DNA from: Reyranellaceae bacterium
GTDB lineage: Bacteria; Pseudomonadota; Alphaproteobacteria; Reyranellales; JAQSWP01
Direction of reading: 5' to 3'
DNA length: 64,000 nt
Assembly (NCBI GenBank): GCA_050181585.1
Contig: JBFXDA010000001.1
Span: forward strand, 98,126 to 162,125
Below are positions 33,165 through 41,297 of this stretch, piece after piece; the stretch's first letter is position 1, and each line of letters begins with the position of its first letter. The notes under the pieces were generated by a model that saw only the letters and a list, made by a program, of their open reading frames with translations, was not told where the DNA came from and searched no databases. The translations under genes were made by a program, and so were the position numbers.

Positions 33165-34418
33165 TTGGACGATCCCGCTCTCGACACGCTGCTGCGCCTG
33201 GGCCTGGCGCTGGCCATCGGCTTGCTGATCGGGCTGGAGCGCGGCTTCTCCCAGCGCGACGAGCCCGAAGGCAGCCGCGTCGCCGGCCTGCGCACCTTCG
33301 GCATCATCGGCTTGAGCGGCGGGCTGGTGGCGGTGCTGACGCAGCACACGCATTGGGCGGTGCTGGCGGCGGCGATCCCCAGCTTCGTCGCCCTCGTGCT
33401 GTTCGCCTTCTGGCACGGCCAGCGGCGGCGGCGCGACATCGGCGCCACCACGCTGTTCGCCACCCTGGCGACTTTCGCGCTCGGCATCGTGGCGGTGCTG
33501 GGCGAGATCGAGCATGCGGCGGCCGCGGCGGTGGTGCTGACGGCGCTGCTGGGGCTGAAGCGGGAGATGCATCTGGGCATCGAGCGGCTGAAGCGGGTCG
33601 AGCTGCGCGCCGCGGTGCAGTTGCTGCTGATCTCCGCCGTCATCCTGCCGGTGCTGCCCGACAAGGGCTTCGGCCCGTTCGAGGCGCTCAATCCCTACCG
33701 CATCTGGCTGATGGTGGTGCTGATCGCCGGCGTCTCCTTCGCCGGCTACGTCGCCATCCGCCTGTTCGGCGCCGGCCGCGGCGTGCTGCTGACCGGCGCG
33801 CTGGGCGGGCTGGTGTCGTCCACCGCGGTGGCGCTGTCGCTGGCCGGCCGGGCGCGCGAGCCGCAGGCGGTTCCCAACGCGCTGGCGGCGGGGATCGTGG
33901 TCGCCTCGTCGATGATGTTCTGGCGCTGCGCGCTGATTGTGGGCGCCATCGACCTGGCGCTGGGCCTGCAACTGGCCTGGCCGCTGGGCGTGGCCGGCAT
34001 GGTCGGCATGGCGGGCGGCGCGCTGCTGGCGCGCGGGCCCGGCGGCGAGTTCGAGCCGCGCGATCCCACCTCGCTGCGCCTGGCGCTGCAGTTCGGCCTG
34101 CTGCTGGGCGCCATCGAATTGCTGGCCGCCGCCCTGCACCACTGGTTCGGCGATCGCAGCCTGTTCGCGCTGGCGGCGATTTCCGGCCTGGCCGATGTCG
34201 ACGCCATCAGCCTGTCCGTCGCCGACCTGGCGGGGCGGGGGCTGGATCGCACGATTGCCGCCGGGGCGATCCTGGTGGCGGTCGCCGTGAATACGGCGGT
34301 GAAAGTGGCGATCGTGGCGGTCCGCGGCACCGCTTCGGTGGCCTGGCGCGTGGCGCTGCCGCTTTTTGCGGCGCTGGCGGCCGGCGCGGCGGCGATTTTA
34401 CTGCCGCCGCCGTGGTGA
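33165..34418 (+). CDS. MgtC/SapB family membrane protein with DUF4010
   Basis: TTG start. LALAIGLLIGLERGF...GLRTF. The protein is polytopic, 417 aa. Confidence 0.7.
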   Translation: MDDPALDTLLRLGLALAIGLLIGLERGFSQRDEPEGSRVAGLRTFGIIGLSGGLVAVLTQHTHWAVLAAAIPSFVALVLFAFWHGQRRRRDIGATTLFATLATFALGIVAVLGEIEHAAAAAVVLTALLGLKREMHLGIERLKRVELRAAVQLLLISAVILPVLPDKGFGPFEALNPYRIWLMVVLIAGVSFAGYVAIRLFGAGRGVLLTGALGGLVSSTAVALSLAGRAREPQAVPNALAAGIVVASSMMFWRCALIVGAIDLALGLQLAWPLGVAGMVGMAGGALLARGPGGEFEPRDPTSLRLALQFGLLLGAIELLAAALHHWFGDRSLFALAAISGLADVDAISLSVADLAGRGLDRTIAAGAILVAVAVNTAVKVAIVAVRGTASVAWRVALPLFAALAAGAAAILLPPPW

Positions 34419-34480
34419 ACCGTCATCGCTTTGCCGCGTTCGGTCGGCATCCTATGATGGATGCAACGCGATAGGGGGTT

Positions 34481-35866
34481 GTGCGAATGTTCGGCAGTTT
34501 CTGGCGCGATCAGGTCGGGTCGATCGCCGATCGCGGGCGCGACATCCTGCGCCTGGCGACCGGCAAGCGCGAGCCGGAGGCGGGCGAGCTGGCCCGCCGC
34601 CTGCTGGCGCAGCGCGGCGAGGCGTCCGGCCTGGCGCTGGCGCAGGAGCTGGCGCGGCTGATCCGCGCCATGTCGCCCGAGGCGCTGGCCGGTTTCCTGC
34701 AGACGCTGGCGCGCGACTTCGTCGGCGAGCGGACGGCGATCGACGAGGCGGTGGCGCGCTGGCAGCGCCAGCCCGACGACGCGGCGCTGGGCGCCTTGCG
34801 CAAGGCCGTCGAATCGCCGCGCCAGGAGCTGTTCCGGCGGCTGAACATGGCGCCCGACGGCACCGCCACCCTGGTCGAGCTGCGCCGCTGCCTGCTGGAA
34901 TTGCTGCCCGGCCATCCCGAGCTGCGCGGCATCGACGAGGACATGCGCCATTTGCTGGCGTCGTGGTTCAACCGCGGCTTCCTGGCGCTGGAGCGCATCG
35001 ACTGGAACACCCCGGCGGCGGTGCTGGAGAAGCTGATCCGCTACGAGGCGGTGCACGAGATCGACGGCTGGGACGATCTGCGCCTGCGGCTGGCGGCGGA
35101 TCGCCGCTGCTTCGGCTTCTTCCATCCCGCCATGCCGAACGAGCCGCTGATCTTCGTCGAGGTGGCGCTGGTCGACGGCATGTCCGAGGCCATCGCGCCC
35201 CTGATCGCCAAGGATCGCGCGGTCGGCGATCCGGCCGAGGCCGATACCGCCATCTTCTATTCCATCAGCAACTGCCAGGACGGGTTGCGCGGCATTTCCT
35301 TCGGCAATTTCCTGATCAAGCAGGTGGTCAGCGAATTGCAGGCCGAGCTGCCGGGCATAAAGACCTTCGCCACCCTGTCGCCGGTGCCCGGCATGCGCCG
35401 GGCGCTGCAGGACAAGGAGGCGTTCAGCCAGGCGCGGCTGGAGGCGCTGCTGGGCGAGGAGACGTGGCGGCTGCTGCGGCAGAACGGCTATGTCGATCCC
35501 ATCGCCGGCCTCGACGGGCTGCTGGGCGCGGGCGAGCCGCTGCCGGCGGCGGCGCAGAAGGGCTTGCAGCGGCTGACCCTGGCCTATCTGACCCAGAGCC
35601 GGCGCGGGGCGGGCGTGGCCGATCCGGTGGCGCATTTCCATCTCGCCAACGGGGCGCGGCTGGAGCGCATCGACGTCGCCGCCGACCTGTCGGAGAAGGG
35701 GCTGAGGCAGTCCTTCGGCACCATGGTGAACTATCTCTACGAGCCGCGCAGCCTGGAGGAGAACCACGAGCGCTACGTCGACACCGGCGACGTCGCCATG
35801 CCGCGCCGGCTGGCGGGCGACGCCGAGGAGATCGCCCGGCTGTGGCAGCCGGTGCTGGCCGCCTGA
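34481..35866 (+). CDS. malonyl-CoA decarboxylase
   Basis: WFNRGFLALERIDWNTPAAVLEKLIRYEAVHEI...FYSISNCQDGLRGISFGNFLIKQVV...FATLSPVPG. Start at GTG 34481 or ATG 34487. Confidence 0.85.
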   Translation: MRMFGSFWRDQVGSIADRGRDILRLATGKREPEAGELARRLLAQRGEASGLALAQELARLIRAMSPEALAGFLQTLARDFVGERTAIDEAVARWQRQPDDAALGALRKAVESPRQELFRRLNMAPDGTATLVELRRCLLELLPGHPELRGIDEDMRHLLASWFNRGFLALERIDWNTPAAVLEKLIRYEAVHEIDGWDDLRLRLAADRRCFGFFHPAMPNEPLIFVEVALVDGMSEAIAPLIAKDRAVGDPAEADTAIFYSISNCQDGLRGISFGNFLIKQVVSELQAELPGIKTFATLSPVPGMRRALQDKEAFSQARLEALLGEETWRLLRQNGYVDPIAGLDGLLGAGEPLPAAAQKGLQRLTLAYLTQSRRGAGVADPVAHFHLANGARLERIDVAADLSEKGLRQSFGTMVNYLYEPRSLEENHERYVDTGDVAMPRRLAGDAEEIARLWQPVLAA

Positions 35867-35869
35867 CGC

Positions 35870-36556
35870 ATGTTTCCCATCGGCGACGACAATCCCGCCA
35901 GCAGCCGGCCGGTCCTGACCCTGACCTTCATCGGCATCTGCGTCGCCGTCTTCCTCTACCAGATCACCCTGCCGCCGGCGCAGGCCGAGGCCTTCGTGTT
36001 CCGCTGGGGCTTCATCCCGGGCGACGTGCTGGGGCCGGGCGGCCTGGAGGCCGACGACGTGCCGGCCTGGAGCAAGATCTTCACCTCGATGTTCCTGCAT
36101 GGCGATTTCATGCACATCATCGGCAACATGCTGTTCCTGTGGATCTTCGGCAACAACATCGAGGACACGTTCGGCAAGCCGCGTTTCGCGATCTTCTACC
36201 TGCTGTGCGGCGTGGCCGCCGCCTTCACCCAGGCTGTCACCGACACCGCCTCCGGCGTGCCGATGATCGGCGCCTCGGGCGCCATTTCCGGCGTGCTGGG
36301 CGCCTATCTGCTGCTGTTCCCGCACGCCCGGGTGCGGGTGCTGGTGATGTTCGGCATCATCACCGTGGTGCATATGCGCGCCATCGTCGTGCTGGGACTG
36401 TGGTTCGTGCTGCAGCTCGTCAACGCCGCCCTGGCGCCGGTCGGCGAGGAGGGCGGCGTCGCCTTCTGGGCCCATGTCGGCGGCTTCGTCGCCGGCATGG
36501 TGCTGATGCCGGTGTTCCGCCCCGCCCGGCCGCGCGTGCGCGGCCCGTGGGGGTAG
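35870..36556 (+). CDS. rhomboid family intramembrane serine protease
   Basis: FLHGDFMHIIGNMLFLW...GASGAISGVLGAY...AHVGGF. Confidence 0.85.
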   Translation: MFPIGDDNPASSRPVLTLTFIGICVAVFLYQITLPPAQAEAFVFRWGFIPGDVLGPGGLEADDVPAWSKIFTSMFLHGDFMHIIGNMLFLWIFGNNIEDTFGKPRFAIFYLLCGVAAAFTQAVTDTASGVPMIGASGAISGVLGAYLLLFPHARVRVLVMFGIITVVHMRAIVVLGLWFVLQLVNAALAPVGEEGGVAFWAHVGGFVAGMVLMPVFRPARPRVRGPWG

Positions 36557-36564
36557 GTACGATC

Positions 36565-36627
36565 AACCACAGAGGCACAGAGACACAGAGACGATGATGT
36601 CCTCTGTGCCTCTGTGTCTCTGTGGTT
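36565..36627. terminator. long (about 26 bp) imperfect hairpin between convergent genes
   Basis: aaccacagaggcacagagacacagag - acgatgatgt - cctctgtgcctctgtgtctctgtggtt. It is built from CACAGAG-type units. There is no clear U-tract. Confidence 0.5.
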
Positions 36628-37781
36628 CAGTCGGAAAATCGCTGCATCAAATGCCGGCCGATGCGCTCGTTCTGGATTTCGGTCGAGCCGTCGGTGAAGG
36701 CGCAGAGCTTGGCGTTGGTCAGGTGCCTTCCCAGCACGTACTGGCTCTTCAGCCCTTCCGCGCCCATGAGCTGGATGCAGTCGGCCAGCCCCTTCAGCGC
36801 CACGCGCACGGCGAATTTCTTGCAGTGGGCGGCGGCCAGCACCGCATCGCCGCCCTGCTGCACGATCAGCGCCGCCTTGTCGGTGAGCAGGCGCGCGGCC
36901 TCCAGCTCGGTGGCGATGTCGGCCAGGGCCCAGCGCTGCCCCTCGTGCTCGAGGATCGGCTGGCCGAAGATCCGCCGCTGCAGGCCGTAGCGCGCGGCGG
37001 TCTCCAGGCTGGCCTCCAGCATGGCGCAGCACAGGCCGGCGACATAGGTGCGCGCCCCGTTGATGCCGGCCATCGCCGCCTTGAAGCCGGCGCCGGGCGG
37101 CTGCAGCATCTCCTCGCCGCGGGCGCGATAGTTCTCCAGGCGGAAGCCGCCGGCGCCGATGGCCGAGCCGCCATGGAAGCGCAGCGGCGCCTCGCGCACG
37201 AAGCCCGGCCGGTCGTCGCGCACCAGGAAGGCGGCGATGCCACGCCAGCCCGCGCCGGGCTCGGTCTGGGCGTAGCAGATGACGGCGCCGGCCACGGCGG
37301 CATTGGTGATCCAGGTCTTGGCGCCGTCCAGGAGCCAGCCCTCGCCGTCCCGCCGCGCCGTGGTGCGGATGGCGGCGAAATCGGAACCGGCGCCCGGTTC
37401 GGTCAGCGCCGTGCAGCCGACGATCTCGCCCCGCCGCATGGCGGCGACCAGTTCGCGCACGTCGCCCTTGGCGTCGCGGGCGATGCGGGTCAGGGCGTTG
37501 TGGTGGTTGACCAGCGAGAAGGCGAAGGCCATGTCCTGGCGCGCGATGGCCTCGATGGCGCGCAGCTTGGCGATGAAGCTCAAGCCCTGGCCGCCGTGAT
37601 CGCGGCTCAGCTCCAGATCGGCCAGGCCCTGGGCGCAGGCCTCGACCAGCGCCTGGCGCGGGAATTCCTGCGCGTCCTGCCAAGCCTGGGCGCGGGGGCC
37701 GACATAGGAATCGGCGAAGCGCCGGGCGCGGGCGATGGCGGCGCGCTCCGGCTCGCTCAGCAGGCGGTCGATCTCGAACAT
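36627..37781 (-). CDS. acyl-CoA dehydrogenase
   Basis: MFEIDRLLSEPERAAI...ALTEPGAGSD...GAKTWITNA...GSTEIQNERIG. The ATG at 37781 was chosen. The upstream extension of the track ORF runs into the repeat. Confidence 0.8.
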   Translation of the reverse strand: MFEIDRLLSEPERAAIARARRFADSYVGPRAQAWQDAQEFPRQALVEACAQGLADLELSRDHGGQGLSFIAKLRAIEAIARQDMAFAFSLVNHHNALTRIARDAKGDVRELVAAMRRGEIVGCTALTEPGAGSDFAAIRTTARRDGEGWLLDGAKTWITNAAVAGAVICYAQTEPGAGWRGIAAFLVRDDRPGFVREAPLRFHGGSAIGAGGFRLENYRARGEEMLQPPGAGFKAAMAGINGARTYVAGLCCAMLEASLETAARYGLQRRIFGQPILEHEGQRWALADIATELEAARLLTDKAALIVQQGGDAVLAAAHCKKFAVRVALKGLADCIQLMGAEGLKSQYVLGRHLTNAKLCAFTDGSTEIQNERIGRHLMQRFSD

Positions 37782-37848
37782 GGCGGCGAGGCTAGCAAGC
37801 GCCTTCGCGTCGGCCAAGGCTTTGCCGCCCGGCAGCCTTCGTCTTGTG

Positions 37849-37988
37849 CTAGAGCAAATCATGTTTTGACGGAATCGCTTGCGATCCCGTCAAAACATGT
37901 GAATTTGCTCTAATCATTAAAAGATAGAGCGGATTCACACGATCAGACGGAAGCGCATGCGCTTCCGTCTGATCGTGATCCGCTCTAG
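37849..37988. repeat. 140-bp double-hairpin repeat, copy R1
   Basis: Module A is agagcaaatcatgttttgacgg...ccgtcaaaacatgtgaatttgctct. Module B is agagcggattcacacgatcagacggaagcgc-at-gcgcttccgtctgatcgtgatccgctct. A near-identical copy lies at 41159-41297. Confidence 0.85.
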
Positions 37989-38000
37989 ACTGCGCCCGCC

Positions 38001-38735
38001 ATGCTCGATCTGATCATCCTCCTGGCCGCGGTGGCGCCGGCCTTTCTGGTATTGCGCATCTTCATCCGCTGGGACCTGTTCCCGGAGCCCAACCGCGTCA
38101 TCCTGGCCACGTTCTTCTGGGGCATGGTCTCGGTGATCCCGGTGCTGGCGATCGGCTATGTCGCCTACGAGCCGCTGATGGCGATCCAGGACCCGTTCTG
38201 GGGGCCGGTGGCGGTGGCCTTTCTCGGCGCGGCGATCCCGGAGGAGCTGACCAAGTTCGCCGTGCTGTTCTTCTACTGCATGCGGCATTCGCATTTCGAC
38301 GAGCCGATGGACGGTCTGGTCTACGGCATGACCGCGTCGCTCGGCTTCGCCGCGCTGGAGAACATCTTCTACCTGATGAGCGCCGGCCCCGACTGGGTCG
38401 AGGTGGCGCTGCTGCGCGCCTTCCTGTCCGTGCCCAGCCACGGGCTGGACGGGGTCCTGATGGGGTTCTTCGCCGGTCTGGCGCGGTTCGAGCCGCAGCG
38501 CGCCGGCCGCTGGTGGCTGCTGTGCCTGCTGGTGCCGATGTCCCTGCACGGGCTCTACGATGCGCCGCTCTTCCTCGCCGGCATCGACGAGCCGGCGGGG
38601 TCGGGAGGCGAACAGGCGGCCTTCGTGCTGGTGCCGCTGCTGGTGGTGGCGATCCAGCTCGTCTGGGCGATCTGGCTGTTCCGCCGCCTCAACCGCGACC
38701 AGCAGGCGCTGCTGGCGCGCCAGGCCAGCCAATAA
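38001..38735 (+). CDS. PrsW family intramembrane metalloprotease
   Basis: Motifs IPEELTKF (EExxK), GFAALEN and HGLYD are present in a polytopic 244-aa protein. Confidence 0.7.
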   Translation: MLDLIILLAAVAPAFLVLRIFIRWDLFPEPNRVILATFFWGMVSVIPVLAIGYVAYEPLMAIQDPFWGPVAVAFLGAAIPEELTKFAVLFFYCMRHSHFDEPMDGLVYGMTASLGFAALENIFYLMSAGPDWVEVALLRAFLSVPSHGLDGVLMGFFAGLARFEPQRAGRWWLLCLLVPMSLHGLYDAPLFLAGIDEPAGSGGEQAAFVLVPLLVVAIQLVWAIWLFRRLNRDQQALLARQASQ

Positions 38736-38886
38736 GGCCGGCGCATCGGGTTTCGCGGCGTGGCGGCATGTCCTCGACAGGGGCGGAACGATTGGCTATA
38801 CGCCTGACGGTGCTTGTGAATATATCCGCCACCCTTCGTTCCGCGGCAGGCCGCGCCGCCCGCCTGGATTAAGCAGCCCGAGTTCC

Positions 38887-39927
38887 ATGGCCGATCCGCA
38901 GGAAAAACCGCCCGCCCAGCCCCGCCTTGCCGTTCGTATCGTCGGTACCCTGGTATCGTTCGTGGTGGCGGTCGTGCTGACCGCCGCGTTGGCCGAGATA
39001 TTCAGCCGCGTCGTGGTCGATGACGGCATGCATTTCGATCTGGAAATGTGGAAATACGCCAAGGAGATCAAGCGCGAATCCGACGTTCCCGGCCTGGGCC
39101 ACGAACACCGGCCCAGCACTGCCGGCCACTTCATGGGCGTGCCGGTGTCGATCAACGCGCTGGGGCTGCGCGACCGGGACTATACGCCTGCCAAGCCCGC
39201 GGGCGCGGTGCGCATCGTGATGCTGGGCGATTCGGTCACCTTCGGCTGGGGCGTGCGCATCGAGGACACGCCGTCGAAGATGGTCGAGCGCCTGCTCAAC
39301 GCCGGCACCGCCGCGCCGCGCTACGAGGTGATCAACACCGGCGTCGGCAACTACAACACGGTGCAGGAAGTCACCTATTTCCTGAACCGCGGGCTGCAGC
39401 TCGATCCCGACATCGTGGTGCTGAACTACTTCATCAACGACGCCGAGCCGACGCCGCTGCGCAAGCAGAGCGCGCTGGCCGAACGTTCCTACGCCGCCGT
39501 CGCCGGGCTCAGCGCCTTCGACACGCTCTCGCGCGCCTATTTCGGCAAGGCCGACTGGCGCGAATACTATAGCAACCTCTATCGCCCCGATGCCGCCGCC
39601 TGGCAGGCGGCGCAGCAGTCGATCCGCGATCTCGCCCGCCGCTGCCGCGAGCGCGGCATCAAGCTGCTGATCGCCAACTATCCCGAACTGCACGTGCTGC
39701 AGGACTATCCCTTCGCCGCCGTCACCCAGGCGGTGCGCGCGCTGGCCGCGGCCGAGAACGTGCCCTTCGTCGACCTGTTGCCGTCGGTGGCGGCGCTGCC
39801 GCCGGAGTCGCTGTGGGTCTCGCCCACCGACGCCCATCCCAACCGGATCGCCAACGAGCGCTTCGCCGCCCTGCTCGCGGCCGAACTGCGCAAATCCTTT
39901 CCCGACCTGGTCGCGGCGGGAAACTGA
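38887..39927 (+). CDS. membrane-anchored SGNH/GDSL hydrolase family protein
   Basis: An N-terminal TM helix is followed by block I IVMLGDSVTFGWG, block III YFINDA and block V PTDAHPN. Confidence 0.7.
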   Translation: MADPQEKPPAQPRLAVRIVGTLVSFVVAVVLTAALAEIFSRVVVDDGMHFDLEMWKYAKEIKRESDVPGLGHEHRPSTAGHFMGVPVSINALGLRDRDYTPAKPAGAVRIVMLGDSVTFGWGVRIEDTPSKMVERLLNAGTAAPRYEVINTGVGNYNTVQEVTYFLNRGLQLDPDIVVLNYFINDAEPTPLRKQSALAERSYAAVAGLSAFDTLSRAYFGKADWREYYSNLYRPDAAAWQAAQQSIRDLARRCRERGIKLLIANYPELHVLQDYPFAAVTQAVRALAAAENVPFVDLLPSVAALPPESLWVSPTDAHPNRIANERFAALLAAELRKSFPDLVAAGN

Positions 39928-39930
39928 GGT

Positions 39931-41136
39931 ATGCGCGAGATCGCCATCCGCGTCGCGACGGTGGCCGTCACCGTTCTGGTCATGCTGCTGCTGGCGGAGG
40001 GCATGCTGCGGCTGATGCCGTCGCTGATCGGCGTCGCCGTGCTGGAGCGCTTCCACCCCTCCCTGCGCACCGAGATCGCCGGCCGGCTCGGCCTGGCCAC
40101 CCAGGCCGACCGGCTGATCGTCGCTTCGGCCGAGCGCGCCGACAAGGGGCCCGATCTCGCCCTGCACTTCCCCAACCGGCGCTACGTGCGGCCGGTCGAC
40201 CAGCCGGATGCCGAGATCGGCGGCGTCGAGCATTTCGACACCGACTCGCTGGGCTTCTGCAATCCGCCCGGCCTGGCCGAGCGCCGGCCGATCCACGTCG
40301 CCTCGATCGGCGGCTCGATCCCCAACTGCACCGCCGTGGTGGCGGCCGACAACTACACGGCCCGGCTGGGCGAGATGCTGGGCATCAACGCCTACAACCT
40401 CGCCGTGCCCGGCGTCGGTCCCTACGAATATCTCGAGACCCTGCGCCGGTTCGGCGGCGGGCTGGCGCCGAAGATCGTCGTCATGACCATCGCCGAATCC
40501 AACGACCTGCGCGACATCGAACGCTTCCACCGGTTCAAGGCGCGCGACGGCCGGCCGCGCAAGGACGCGGGCGCCGGCGGCCTCTTCGCCGCCAGCTACG
40601 CGCTGGCTTTCCTCAAGGGCGGCGTCGAGGTGGCGATCAGGTCGCTGCGCGACAGCGGCGGCGCGAATTTCCGCTATTCCGTGACGGTCCAGGGCAGGCG
40701 CGTGCCGCTCAACGTCAACAACGGCGACGTCGACGAGCTGAAGCTGGCGCAGCAGATCGAGCAGGGCCGGATATCGCCCCGGCTCTACGAGGACAGCGTC
40801 GCCGCCTTCGCCGCCCTGTCGCGCCAGATGGGCTTCGTGCCGCTGGTCGTGCTGGTGCCCGCCGCCTACACCACCTATGCCGAGACGATCGAATACGAGG
40901 ACGCCGCCATCACCGCAGCCATGCGCCGCTACAGCGACGTGCAGCGGCAATGGTTCGCCGACAACAGCGCCCGGCTGGGCGTCAGGTATTTCGACGCCAC
41001 GGCGCGGATGCGCGAGCTGGCCAGGGAGCGGCCGCTACTGTTCTTCCCCAGCAACGTGCATCTGACGGCGGAAGGCCACAAGGCGCTGGCCGAAGCCGTG
41101 GCGCCCGCGGTGCGCGAGCTGCTGGGCGGCCAGTAG
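39931..41136 (+). CDS. membrane-anchored SGNH-like protein (divergent; AlgX/AlgJ-like?)
   Basis: An N-terminal TM helix is followed by IGGSIPN (Ser retained, GDS changed to GGS), ESND and SNVHLTAEGH, where the DxxH Asp is replaced. The ATG is 3 nt after the upstream stop. Confidence 0.5.
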   Translation: MREIAIRVATVAVTVLVMLLLAEGMLRLMPSLIGVAVLERFHPSLRTEIAGRLGLATQADRLIVASAERADKGPDLALHFPNRRYVRPVDQPDAEIGGVEHFDTDSLGFCNPPGLAERRPIHVASIGGSIPNCTAVVAADNYTARLGEMLGINAYNLAVPGVGPYEYLETLRRFGGGLAPKIVVMTIAESNDLRDIERFHRFKARDGRPRKDAGAGGLFAASYALAFLKGGVEVAIRSLRDSGGANFRYSVTVQGRRVPLNVNNGDVDELKLAQQIEQGRISPRLYEDSVAAFAALSRQMGFVPLVVLVPAAYTTYAETIEYEDAAITAAMRRYSDVQRQWFADNSARLGVRYFDATARMRELARERPLLFFPSNVHLTAEGHKALAEAVAPAVRELLGGQ

Positions 41137-41158
41137 GCCGCGGGCAGCGGATTATTTC

Positions 41159-41297
41159 CTAGAGCAAATCATGTTTTGACGGAATCGCTCGCGATCCCGT
41201 CAAAACATGTGAATTCGCTCTATTCATTAAAAGATAGAGCGGATTCACACGATCGGACGGAAGCGTCCGCGCTTCCGTCCGATCGTGATCCGCTCTA
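41159..41297. repeat. 140-bp double-hairpin repeat, copy R2
   Basis: It differs from R1 at about 9 of 140 positions by hand alignment, including a compensatory A:T to G:C change in the module-B stem. Its last 3 nt form the TAG stop of the carbamoyltransferase gene. Confidence 0.85.

Noticed and set aside
31104-34142. 1012-aa minus-strand ORF
   Set aside because: It runs antisense to the DMT transporter, chaC and MgtC-like genes. Only 32642-33073 on that strand, in a different frame, looks real. It has a low-complexity Arg/Gly/Gln composition.
33746-36475. 909-aa minus-strand ORF
   Set aside because: It runs antisense to malonyl-CoA decarboxylase and the rhomboid protease, both of which carry unmistakable motifs on the plus strand.
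38736-38886. 150-nt gap with a 36-codon ORF (MSSTGAERLAIRL...) and an AT-richer patch (gtgaatatatcc)
   Set aside because: The ORF is short and has no Shine-Dalgarno or conservation evidence. I could not define a convincing -35/-10 pair. It is probably just the SGNH-gene promoter or UTR region.
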